This document shows, piece by piece, positions 9,856-21,057 of a DNA stretch of 64,000 bases (position 1 is the first letter of the stretch; every line of letters begins with the position of its first letter). Origin of the DNA: Fistulifera solaris (taxonomy: Eukaryota). The notes under the pieces are model-generated. The model ran no database searches. It had not been told where the DNA came from and saw only the letters and a program-made list of their open reading frames with translations. Made by a program: the position numbers and the translations under genes. The stretch is taken from NCBI GenBank assembly GCA_030295235.1, contig AP026131.1, positions 1,426,001 to 1,490,000 of the forward strand, read 5' to 3'.

Positions 9856-11681
9856 ATGGCGACACCAACCGAACTAATCCAGAAACAACACGAGGAAGCC
9901 CTTTCGTTGCTCTCCATCGATTCGTCGAACTATTGTCCTTGCGCCGAACGACACAATCACGGAGAAATTCCCTTAACCGCGAAGCGTTCTCCTAGTGCAG
10001 ATCGACCGTCGTGGTCGAGTCGGGGTCAAATTGATGTCACACCTATCCAAGAAATTGTTCGAGAAGGATACAATGTCAATTATCACAAAGACAAAACTGA
10101 CTCCAGCACTACGAATTTATGGCATCCCGTGACCGCCGCACAACACAATGTCTCTGTGTGTCGACCATCGCACGATCAATGGGGCATCGGAAAGATCGTC
10201 TTGATTTTTTGCGATGATTTCTTGCAGCAGTGTTATCATTTTCCGTATTGGCATATGCGTGCCGACATTCGTGCCGCCGTACAACCCATCTTGGATGTAC
10301 TGCAATTACAGGTATCACAATGTGTGCGATTGCTGTTGGCGTCCTTGCCACCCCAAACCACCATTCCGTTGCATCAAGACAGTGGTGAATGGGTCCATCA
10401 GACGCATCGTGTCCATGTTCCGATTTTAGTGCCATCGCCCGAGGATATTTTGTTTCGTTCGGGGCCCGATGATGCAACACTGCAACGGATCGATTGTCGC
10501 GAAGGTCATGTTTTTGAAATCAACAATGCCCAACGACATGCCGTCACCAACGGAAGTTCGGTACACTATCGTGTGCATTTGATTTTGGATTATACGGATC
10601 AACCGTTTCGATTACCGCCCGTGGTGTTGACGCCAGCGGAAGTCTTATATCAAACACGACGTTCTCTGAATCGCGTTTGCGATCAAGGGAGTCGTCCCAC
10701 GCCTTCCTTTATGATTTTGGGAGCGCAAAAGCCGGCACCACGAGTTTGTACCAGTATTTGACGCAGCACGATTTAGTCATTCCCGCGAAACGCCGAGAAA
10801 CTCATTGTCTGGACTGGCGTTGGAATGAGAAACTAAAAACGGTCGAGCAACAACGACAATGGTGTCAGAAATTTTATCACACGGAAGAATTGTACAAGCA
10901 CGCTGCTTGTTTGACGGGTGATTCGACACCGAGTTATCTACTGGACAGTCGTCGCGTAATTCCTCGGATCCAAGCCGTCTTTCCTTGGCCGTTGCGTTTC
11001 TTTGTGATGGTCCGTGAACCCGTCGCACGGGCCGAATCGCAGTACGCCATGGTTACGAGTCTCGTGGGGACCGAAGCGCAGCTGAAAACGCGGGGCGTAG
11101 AATGGCGGAACAAGTCCTTTTGGCAAGTGGTGCAAGAAGATTTGCAACACATGCACGAATGTGGATTGTTGCCGCATTGGAATGTGGAAGAGGGTATTTT
11201 CGATGCGAATGTTTGGAAGGAATTCAGTGGCAGTGCGGCCGAAGACCAGGCTTGGTCATTGTATTTGGAGCGGCATGTTCCCTTGAATACCGGTTCGTAC
11301 GGATTGCTTACACGGGGTCTCTACGAGTTGCAGCTACGTTCATGGTTGAAGACGTTCCCTGTAGAGCAGTTTCTTGTGTTGGTGTTGGAACGGGATTTGG
11401 CGGATACCGATTCTTTGCATGATACTATGGAACGTGCTTGGGCGCACTTGGGAATCCCGGGCATTACGTCTTTGGACACCACCGCTCAGAATACACGGGA
11501 GTACAAGAGTTTTCTGGAGGAAGAAAACGAAGAAAAGAAAGAAGAAGATGGGGAATCGGGAGGAACCAGAATCGCCAAGAAAGAATATTTGCAACGCTTC
11601 TTTCGACCGTACAACGAGCGACTCGAGCAATTAATGGAGGAGCACGCTTGGGGTAGTCATAGATGGAATTATGAATTTTAA
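9856..11681 (+). CDS. Fusion of an Asp/Asn beta-hydroxylase-like 2OG-Fe(II) dioxygenase and a PAPS-dependent sulfotransferase; frameshift near 10730
   Basis: HQD..HRVHVPI..INNAQRHAVTN..RVHLILDY (HxD..H triad plus Arg). Sulfotransferase motifs ILGAQK|AGTTSL (5'-PSB), DSTPSY, VREPVARAESQY (3'-PB), RGLY and FFRPYNERL. Confidence 0.85.
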
Positions 11682-12030
11682 ATTGATGATTAATAAATTC
11701 TTCTTTTCTTTTGCTGAATGGGTAATGGGGACATGAAACTAGGGCGGCGAGGTGAAAGGCGACAGAATGAACTATCGATAAATAAGTAGCGAATAGACGT
11801 TTTATTCCTAAGATTACGGCGCGCGTTGTTGTTTTTTATAAATGTCGCGCCAGCCAAGCTCGTCCGCCTCGCAGTTGACATCATCGCAAATGGAGAGACT
11901 TCGAAGGATTTTTGTTGTTGTTTCACTCACTTCTTTGATTGCTTTTGTTGACACCTTAGAATGAATTCATTTCCTTGTTGACTGTTTTATTTTCTCACAA
12001 AATACAAGATAGATAGACACAAAAGCAAAA

Positions 12031-15000
12031 ATGGATCCACCACGTTTATCGTACGCCGAACGCAAACGATTGCGCGAAGGTTTGCACATGCGACAGGATT
12101 CGACCGGAAGTGTCGGACATTCGTTCTATGCGACAAATGATAGAATTACACCGAACAAAGAAAAACGAAAGAATCATCGTCGTCGGTCGAAGAAGACACA
12201 GCCGAGCGTGGAGACGTTGTTAGACACGATTAACGACTCGTCGGAACATTCGAGCGAACACGCTCACTCGAAAAGTCTCACCGGAAAATTTTCCGCCAAT
12301 CATCCACGCGTGAGTGTCACGAGCCTCGAAGACAGTTTACGATACTCCACGATTTTGCCTTCCATGTCTACCATTGAAGGTATTTCCTTAGAAGATTACG
12401 GTTTGGATGCGAGACGATCGTCGGAATTGGATATTGCAGCATTTTCGGCCATGGTCTTGTCTCCGGAGAATCCTACTCCAGTAGCAGCAGCAGCTGCTGC
12501 TGTCGCAGCTCCAACGCCCTTACCGCCGGCGTTGCGGCCACCGCGACCAAAGCCTCGAAGGAAGGAGAGAGAAGAAGATGACTATGATGCGGATGAAGAT
12601 GAGCATCAAATGGAGGAAGAATCATCATCGGAATGGACCGAGGAAGAATCGCAAAGTTGGTGGGATTTCGTTTCACGTCGGTTGGATCCTACCGATTTCT
12701 TGATGCAAGATGCCAAGATAGGAGCCGATGGGAACCCGTATTTTGATCAAGATGAGGAACGATGGTGGTCTCTTGCCGCTGCCGCGCGAAACGTTTTTTA
12801 CAATCCTCTCGAACCAGAATTCACGTCGTTGCAACAATTCTCGTGGGCTGTCGTTATTGGTATCGTCATGGGTATTTATGTGAGCTTTTGGAAATCACTC
12901 ATCGAAGGAGGCGTGGAGTTTATGTGGAAGACACTGCCGGCGGAGTTATTGCGTCTGGGTGTCTTTACCGATCTTCATGGCTCGTTTCCCCTGTATCATT
13001 ACATGTGGATCTGTCCAGCTATATGGGGAGGAATACTGTCCTACATATTTGTCATTTTACCGTTCAAAATACCGGATCAAAACGAGTGGATTACCGGCGT
13101 GCATTCGAAAGGCATCTTGGATCACCGAGGATTTGGAGCTTTGTTTGTACTGTCGACGCTGGCAATGATGTCGGGACTCAGTCTAGGACCAGAACTGCCG
13201 CTGGTGCTGACCGCCGGGATGGTAGGATCCTGGTTTGGGCTCTTGTGTAAGCAGAGCATGTTGCAGGCTCGTGTACTCAATCTTACTGCCGCGTCGGCTG
13301 CGGTCGGAGGCTTTTTCGGTTTCCCTATGGCGGGTGCTGTGTTTGTATTGGAAATACCGCATCGAATGGGTCTGCAGTATTTCGAAGCTTTGTCGCCGGC
13401 GACAATATCATCGATTGTGGCCGTTCTGACGAATCGTCTCATCATCAACAACGATGTCACCGGATATTACAGTTATCCCTTTCTTTCCGCATCATTGCCC
13501 AGTGAGATATTCACCAGTGCCATTGTGTACGGATTGTATGGTACACTCGTGGGAGTACTGTATGGAAAGGGAGCGTTGCTTTTTAAGGGGTATGTGCACG
13601 AGTTTTTTCAAACTCCTTCAAAACAGCATATCACGGACGTTTCTTCTTCAAAGGAAGAAGAAACTCCTCTAATGGTTTCGTCCCGAAGAAAGAGAAAGAA
13701 GCGACGGCCGCCGACACCACAGCCAACGTGGAGAGAGCGCGTGTTCGGATTTGGCTGTATTTTCATCAAGGATGAGAAAACACGTGCTGGTTTTGCTGGC
13801 TTCGTTGCGGGTGCTTTGGTAGGTCTCGTCGGTATGTATCTTCCTCACACAATGTTCTGGGGCGAAGCGCAGCTCCAAAACTTGATTGATAAAGGAAGAA
13901 CGCCGCTGCCCATCTTCACGACTGGCATTGAACCCACAGCTGTCCTCACAGCTCGAAGCATGTGTATCATCGACCCCAAGGATCACGGAGCTGTTCTTCA
14001 GGGGTTCGGAATTGGCTGCTCCCTTCTCATTACCTTTGCAAAAATTGTGGTCGTTGGTTTGAGTCTCGGTACAGGAATCGTCGGTGGTCATTTTTGGGGA
14101 CCGCTGTTTTGCGGCTGCTCGGCTGCACACTTGTTTACGGATGTGTCCGTATGGTTATCGAAGACTTACGGTGTAGGTGCAAGTCTGTCGGCCTATCCAT
14201 GCGTAGTCATTCTCTGTACGATGGGAAGTGCACATGTTGTGACCTATCGAGCGCACATGGCAATTATGTTGATACTGACTCTCACAATTAGTGCATTCAA
14301 CCCGCAAAACGAGACAGAGGGCGTGGGAGTGGTTGGTGTTTCCGGTGATTACTCTGCCGTTTTCCCGTTACTAGTGGTTTCTGTGTTTGTGGCACTCATG
14401 GCATCGCGAAAGTTTTATTTTTACACCGCTCAACGTAGTAGAGGCGATATTTTGGCTGTTCCAGAAGTTCTCTGTGAGCCTGGAATGAAGGGGCGACCTG
14501 CCGTTATCGAGTACATTGACGGAAGCGACGACGAGGGCTTGGATAACGACGAGGGGTATGCATATATGGTTTCTAGTGCGGTAGAACCAACACCACACGA
14601 GACGGTTCATGTCAATATCGCTGGAGCTGACTACGAAGCAACGCATGTGAGTCCTCCTCCGGCGGGAAGTCCAACTCAGCATGATATAGAATGGGGATTT
14701 GCACAGACAAACGCAGAATTGTCCGAGTCGAGAAAACGAACGTCTGCTAGAGAAAATAGTAAACTTGAAGAGTCGTCTAACTTGGATCTATTTTCAACGG
14801 CACGACTGGATGAACTGCTGAAAGAGCCCCTTGAAACGGATGTTGAACCTCCTCAAACCAATCATCGACGGTTCCACAGTGCTCCTTCGATCCCCCGTGA
14901 CGCCGTTCGAGGGCGCTCGATTTCTCCAAAGCGACCTCCTGCGGGTAACCGAGACCGTGCTGATAGCGGTAACCTCCGTAAACACATGCTGCGCATCAAC

Positions 15001-15396
15001 AGCTACGGCGAGATTCATGAGCATCAGCCCTCCTTGATGGATCAGGCTCGCGAACGATCGGCTTCCTCCGCCGCCGACTCACTCCATCGTCGCGTGCCTT
15101 CAATAGATGCGAACGAAACCAAACAACATCAACGTCATCGACGCATCCCCAGTTCGCCTGGATTGCCCCGAAAGAGTTCCACCGATGGAAGTGTGGGTGC
15201 TTTGAGTAGTGAGTCGACAAAGAGACATCGTCGTAAAACGTCCAACGATAGCATCAATTCCGATCAGCACAAGATGATGGAAGAGACGGGTGCTTTGACG
15301 TTGGATGATATTGAGCAATCCTTTGATCAAGTCATGGCTGCACGACAATCCGATCTCTCGAGCAGTAACCTGTGGACACCGAATAGTTTGAGTTAA
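12031..15396 (+). CDS. CLC-family chloride channel/transporter with long disordered termini
   Basis: Intact 1121-aa ORF with many TM helices. Motifs LSLGPELP (GxExP gating motif), FGFPMAGAVFVLE and GIVGGHFWGPLF. Confidence 0.85.
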   Translation: MDPPRLSYAERKRLREGLHMRQDSTGSVGHSFYATNDRITPNKEKRKNHRRRSKKTQPSVETLLDTINDSSEHSSEHAHSKSLTGKFSANHPRVSVTSLEDSLRYSTILPSMSTIEGISLEDYGLDARRSSELDIAAFSAMVLSPENPTPVAAAAAAVAAPTPLPPALRPPRPKPRRKEREEDDYDADEDEHQMEEESSSEWTEEESQSWWDFVSRRLDPTDFLMQDAKIGADGNPYFDQDEERWWSLAAAARNVFYNPLEPEFTSLQQFSWAVVIGIVMGIYVSFWKSLIEGGVEFMWKTLPAELLRLGVFTDLHGSFPLYHYMWICPAIWGGILSYIFVILPFKIPDQNEWITGVHSKGILDHRGFGALFVLSTLAMMSGLSLGPELPLVLTAGMVGSWFGLLCKQSMLQARVLNLTAASAAVGGFFGFPMAGAVFVLEIPHRMGLQYFEALSPATISSIVAVLTNRLIINNDVTGYYSYPFLSASLPSEIFTSAIVYGLYGTLVGVLYGKGALLFKGYVHEFFQTPSKQHITDVSSSKEEETPLMVSSRRKRKKRRPPTPQPTWRERVFGFGCIFIKDEKTRAGFAGFVAGALVGLVGMYLPHTMFWGEAQLQNLIDKGRTPLPIFTTGIEPTAVLTARSMCIIDPKDHGAVLQGFGIGCSLLITFAKIVVVGLSLGTGIVGGHFWGPLFCGCSAAHLFTDVSVWLSKTYGVGASLSAYPCVVILCTMGSAHVVTYRAHMAIMLILTLTISAFNPQNETEGVGVVGVSGDYSAVFPLLVVSVFVALMASRKFYFYTAQRSRGDILAVPEVLCEPGMKGRPAVIEYIDGSDDEGLDNDEGYAYMVSSAVEPTPHETVHVNIAGADYEATHVSPPPAGSPTQHDIEWGFAQTNAELSESRKRTSARENSKLEESSNLDLFSTARLDELLKEPLETDVEPPQTNHRRFHSAPSIPRDAVRGRSISPKRPPAGNRDRADSGNLRKHMLRINSYGEIHEHQPSLMDQARERSASSAADSLHRRVPSIDANETKQHQRHRRIPSSPGLPRKSSTDGSVGALSSESTKRHRRKTSNDSINSDQHKMMEETGALTLDDIEQSFDQVMAARQSDLSSSNLWTPNSLS

Positions 15397-15516
15397 TGAT
15401 AACCTGGATGTACCACTGTCTACTGGATGATGATCTATACACGACAGCAAGCGCCATATCCTCCTTAAACTTTTTAATTGTTCAAAAAGCTAAAGAAGTT
15501 ACTATTCCTTTCGTAC

Positions 15517-15957
15517 TTAGTCCAGCTTTCCGATATGTTTCGCGATGCAATCTTGCAAATCATTCATCATAGACTGACACTTCAAACGAGGATTCTTGGA
15601 CAAACAACGAGAGTAGTTTCGATACAAGTCATCGCAGGGTGTAGCATCCAATCGTTTTCTAGTTTCTTCTGCACATTGCATCATCTTTGTAAACAAAGTG
15701 AGTGAAATATCGCTGACATTCTTTCTTTTTATCTAAGTAATATTTCACACATACCTTTTCAGCAGCCTCCAGTGCCGTAGCAGGACCCCCTAACATGCTC
15801 TTTTTGTTGACATACTCGGAAATCGTATCCGCACAAGTAATTTGAATGCACTGGAAACACACAATTTGGAGTCAATCGATCGAAAAAGGTCTTGTCAGCC
15901 AGTGGAGCGACTTACCGGAGAGAGTGCATCTAACGTCGCTGCATACATAGGGGCCAT
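15517..15957 (-). CDS. Three-exon 101-aa twin-CX9C mitochondrial intermembrane-space protein, NDUFA8-like
   Basis: Exons 15957-15916, 15850-15755 and 15684-15517 with phase-0 GT-AG introns. Product MAPMYAATLDALSP|CIQITCADTISEYVNKKSMLGGPATALEAAEK|MMQCAEETRKRLDATPCDDLYRNYSRCLSKNPRLKCQSMMNDLQDCIAKHIGKLD carries two CX9C motifs. Confidence 0.75.
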
Positions 15958-16259
15958 TTTTTCTTTTTTTTCTTTAATTAAAATGATTGCTTCGGAATGT
16001 GAGTAATCGAATAGTGTAGCGAAACAACAACAATGCAATTACGGCTTCACAGCAATAACAGCAATCGATCAACAATCCTAAAAACGCCGAGCCGAAAACG
16101 TTTGCCGTTTGTGCAGTGTCATGGCCGCTTGTACGAAATCGCTCCGATCAAACGTCAGCACTATACGCTATAATGTAAGAGTAGAGAGACGTACCAGGGA
16201 CAGACTACTAAGGGCTATTACTCAGTATTATTTATAGGAGTAGTCTTCCTTGTTTAGTT

Positions 16260-17216
16260 TTACGATGAAGCCGCCTGTTTCAATGATTGCTCTTTCGTCT
16301 TGGGTGGCAATACCTTCAAGCTATAATCAATGCAATCGTATCCTTGTGTCAATTTCCCCTGGGATACAATGTCGACGTCGTCACAAAGGTAATCTTTCAT
16401 AGTCTCAGTTGTAATTCCTCCACTGGCTTCAATGAGCACATGCGGATACTCCTTTTTCAACATCCGCGCCGTAACTTTCAGTACTTGTGGCTCCAAATTG
16501 TCCAGCATGACAATATCGGCTCCGGCTTGGGCGGCTTCCATGGCTTCCGCCAACTGACTGCATTCGACTTCGATCTTTTGACTGAAACCCGCGGCTTGTC
16601 GTGCCATTTGAATGGCAGAACGAATCGATCCCGCCGACTGAATGTGATTGTCTTTGAGCATGACCATTTGACTCAAATCAATTCGATGTGTGGCGGCACC
16701 GCCCACGAGTAAGCCATATTTTTCCACAATACGGAAGCCCGGAGTTGTTTTGCGCGTTCCGGCAACCCATCCTTTCCAGTGGGCGTCTCGCGCGGCAGTG
16801 ACAGCTTGTTGCGACAGTGTAGCGACTCCAGAACAGCGAGAAAGTGTATTGAGTGCGGTGCGTTCTCCCTGAAGTAATTTATGAATGGGACCGGAGACCG
16901 TTGCGAGTGCAAGTTTTTGTTCCGGAGAGGCCGAAAGGTAAACTCCTTCAGCAGCGGACGGATGCCATGTTACCGAGCAACCGAGAATACGAAAGACTGT
17001 TTCAAAGAAAGGCTTTCCTGCCAAAACACCGGGTGATTTCATCCACAAGGTCGCTTCTCGAGGAACATCACCCACTACTAATCCTCCGACATCGAGAGAC
17101 GGCATATCATCGTGCAGCCACTGTTGTACGATGACGTCTATTTGATGCTGAGGAAGTAATGTAGCGAAGAAGTCATTTGTTTGTTGATGTTGCTGATTAA
17201 TATTAGGTGAACTCAT
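16260..17216 (-). CDS. QPRT: Quinolinate phosphoribosyltransferase (nicotinate-nucleotide pyrophosphorylase)
   Basis: Motifs GERTALN, GTRKTTPG, HRIDLS, LKDNH, KIEVEC, IVMLDN and EASGGI; intact 318-aa ORF. Confidence 0.97.
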   Translation of the reverse strand: MSSPNINQQHQQTNDFFATLLPQHQIDVIVQQWLHDDMPSLDVGGLVVGDVPREATLWMKSPGVLAGKPFFETVFRILGCSVTWHPSAAEGVYLSASPEQKLALATVSGPIHKLLQGERTALNTLSRCSGVATLSQQAVTAARDAHWKGWVAGTRKTTPGFRIVEKYGLLVGGAATHRIDLSQMVMLKDNHIQSAGSIRSAIQMARQAAGFSQKIEVECSQLAEAMEAAQAGADIVMLDNLEPQVLKVTARMLKKEYPHVLIEASGGITTETMKDYLCDDVDIVSQGKLTQGYDCIDYSLKVLPPKTKEQSLKQAASS

Positions 17217-17728
17217 TTTCTAATAGCATTTGTGTCCTTGAAAATGAAGACGATGATTTTTTGAGCGGAAAAGAAAACGCGGCGATCGCGACGAGCGCCT
17301 TTCATTTTTGCCCTCGGCTCGTCGTCCGTCCTTCGTTTAGAAACTATTAAGGTTGGCGTTAAGTATAGCAATAAGGAAGCGGACATTTTGGTACTCTATG
17401 ACTCATAGTGCGTCAGGGTCATAAACGGAGTATCGGACAGACAATACTGTGCCCCATAATGTCCCAGTGTGTGCCACTCTAGAAAAATAAGTAGTTAACA
17501 CAAAGAGGATTTTTGCCTTCTCGCTTCTTGGCAAGCTTCTTGGGTCTTGCATTGATGCCAATTATCATTCATTCAATTGAACTCCTGGTATTTCGAAAGG
17601 ATTGGTTATTATTGGCCTTTCAACGTCTATCATCTCGGAAAACTGGTAGCTCTGCCTTCAAAACCCTATTCGTGGCCTATTGATTGACGTTCGCTTGAGA
17701 GTGCTTCGTCTTTGCGTCTATCGGCATC

Positions 17729-20700
17729 ATGGTAAAGTCGTCTTCTTCCAGGAAGCTCAAAGATGACGGCGTGAAGACTACCTGGATCAAGACAGAGGAG
17801 GCCAGTTTGGATATCGATACTCTTGTTCATTACGGTTTCGCGGAAGATAGGTGCCATAGATGCGGAATACATAATAGCGAAATCAGTGGCTTGCTCATGC
17901 AGTGTGGAAAGTGCAAAAGGCGTATTACTGCAGCATGAAATGCTTTAACGATGATTTGGCCTGGCATCAACAGTTCTGCCAAACTTCTCGTATCGACTAC
18001 GCCCCCTCGTTGGAAGATGCTACAAAGATCAAAGTCAACCTGCCTCCGCGCATCAGCATCGAACCAATCGGAGAGAATCTTTACAGGATCAAAGCAACGC
18101 ATCACCAGTCGATTTTAGCAACAGATGCTAGTGGGCATACGTTCAAACCGAATCTCAACGATGGAACCATTTTTTCTTACACGAAAGGAAAGTCACACGA
18201 GAAAAGGGGCACAGTCGATGGTCACAAGGACGTTAGAAAGCTCTATGGATCAGGCCCTCTTACTTTAACAGTCGACAATGGGAATGGGAAGAAAGTCTCT
18301 GTTACAGTGGATCCGGCGGAAGCCGGTCCTCCGAAAATCAAAATTGAAGAGATCAGGCCAGGATTGTACAAGATTGTTGCTTCAGATCAAGCAGGATTTC
18401 CCGTTACTGTCAAAGGTAGCGATTCGGAGGGCAATACTTTTCAGAACTTGGAGCCTGGTTCGTTTTTTTACCTATGACAAAGCTTGGAAAGGATTCCATC
18501 AGGAGGAAAACAAACACGTTCAGCAATTGGCAGGACAAGGCACGTTGCATCTGACTGCGGTGAATGTGGATGGTAAAGAAACGACGATCGAAGTAGCACC
18601 ATCGGATCCAAGTCAGCCAAAAATCAAGATACAAAATCTCACGGAGAATCTGTATAAACTGAAAATTAAAGACCCCGCAGTCTTCCAAGGACCACTCGAA
18701 ATCACGGCTAAGGACAGTGATGGGAGTCCGATCACTCTTAAAAACAACGATATTTTCAGCTATGTCGATGCAGGGTCCGGTAAGACCCATCAACAACCAG
18801 AAAACGATGAGGAACACGGAGCCTTTCAGAAAATCCGAGGCCACGGGAACCTTACAATTACCGTTGTCAACTGTTTTGGGAAGGAAGTGAGCTTCTTTGT
18901 ATCTCCCGGATCTGCTCCTCCACCGTCTCTTCGCTTTGGAGTCCTTAAAAGACGGTTATTACAAACTCCATGCTAGTGATCCAAATGATGAGCACTTGAC
19001 AATTCAAGTTGTGGATCACAATGGAGATACGTTTCTGCCTGCTCTGGAGAATGCGTCTGTATTTTCGTACACGGACGCGGGGTCAGGGAAGCAATCAGCA
19101 GACTGCGAATGAACACCCCTATTATGGCAGTGTGCAGAAATTGAGAGGTCACGGACAACTCACCGTAACCGTCACAAATGCCTCAGGAAAGACGGTGCAA
19201 GCTATGATCGAGCCTGCAGAAGCAAGTTCGCCTGTTGTGAATATTCATGAGTTAGAGAAGGGCGTGTATAGACTTGAAGTTTCTGATGAGAGCGTGTAAC
19301 CCAGTCACTATCCTGGCCGTTGACTCGGAACGTAACACGTTCAATGATGCATTGGCGGACCAATCCATTTTTCGGTACGAGGAAGCTGGTGAACGTTCTG
19401 CTACACAGGAGATTCAAGGAGATAGCAGGCACGGTGGTACGCAAAAAATCCGTGGAAAAGGTGATCTTACCATTACTGCAATCAATTCGGCTGGTAAGGA
19501 AAGTTCAATTGTACTGAAGCCCACGGAAGCGGATCCTCCATATCTTCGAATGGAAGATTTAGGAGACGGTTTCTTTAAAGTAATTGCGAAGCGACGGTGA
19601 TGGCGAGCCTGTCAAAGTCAACGCGGCAGATCAAGAAGGTAATGCATTTGCAGTGGAACCTGGCACAGTTTTCCGCTACGAAGTGGCCGGCAAACGCCCC
19701 GTGTTCACAAGAAGCACGAGAGGACGGCAGACTCGGATTAGTCCAAAAGCTATTCGGGAATGGAAACCTCACTTTCAAGGCTTTTAATGCGGCAGGCAAG
19801 GAGAGCACTCTTGTCATTCAGCCGACAGAATCGGATCCTCCCTCACTTAATACTCGAAGAGTTAAGGGAAAGCTTCTTAAAAATTGTTGCCGGTGACAGA
19901 GATGGCGAGCCTGTTGCAGTTACGGCCGTGAGATCAAGAGGGCAACGCATTTGTTATGGAGTCAGGGACAATATTTCGCTACGAAGAGGCCGGTAAGCGC
20001 ACTGCTTCACAAGACCAACGCGACGACCAAAGATTCGGCACCGTGGAGAAATTGTGTGGACGTGGGAGTTTGACTATCACAGCAGTGAATTTGGCAGGCA
20101 AGGAAAATTCAGTTGTAGTAACCGCGACCGAACCGGATCCGCCATCCCTCAGACTTGAGGATTTAGGAGACGGTCTCCGCAAAATAATCGTCAGTGGCAA
20201 GGACGGTGGAAATGTAGTCGTTACCGCCTTTGATAGTCAGGGAGTATGAGTTTACCGCAAAGCCTGATATGATTTTTCGCTATCTCGGGACGGACGGAGA
20301 TTCCGGGCAAACATACCAGCAGGATTCTAATCACGGCGATGTCAGCAATATGTATGGAAAAGGTGAACTGACGCTCACGGCGACTAACGATTCGGGCAAA
20401 CAGGCCACAGCGAAAATCCAAGCAACTCATTCTGACGAGCCAAAAGTTGAACTTGTTGAGGTGGAATCGGGTGTGTTTACAATCAATGCCATCGACCCTA
20501 ACGGCGATCCCATAATGGTACACGCCGAAGATGCCAACGGTGATTCCATCGTTACAATCCCCGTGAAATCAACATTCCGTTATTCAGACGTCGGACCCGA
20601 ATACAGTAAGAAAGACGGCGACGTGTATGATTTTCAGATGCCCGAGCTATGGATAACTTGCTACAATAAGGCTGGGAAGAAGACGAAAACAAAGGTTAAG

Positions 20701-21057
20701 GCACCGGAAAAGAAGCAGGCGGAAGAACCCAGCTCGCCTAAGCCTCCCGCAGTTAGTAGTTCCGCTCAGTCTTCTGGCGCAGGCGAGCCAGACTCTCCTT
20801 CCAAGCGAAAAAAGAGAATACTAACACGTGAAGTACGTGACAAACTAATTTTCTGGTATGGCCGTCTTGGCTACCCAACCCGCGACGAGATGATCAAGAA
20901 AGTAGCCCGCTTGCCTGAGTCGTGCGGAATAAGAGCAGAAGATGTCGAACTTCTGCCATGGATAATGAATGGGAGAATGATAAGGACGAAAGACTTGCAT
21001 GAAAAGGTATTGGAAAATACGACAGTTTACATTGAAAAGGAAGTCGACAGCGATTGA
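17729..21057 (+). CDS. MYND zinc-finger protein with about nine ~100-aa tandem repeats and a C-terminal WYxRLGxP..DVELLPW domain; many frameshifts (assembly errors or pseudogene)
   Basis: CHRC..QCGKC|KAYYCSMKC..HQQFC (MYND). GxGxLT(I/L)TxxNxxGK recurs about every 300 nt across successive frames. Confidence 0.7.
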
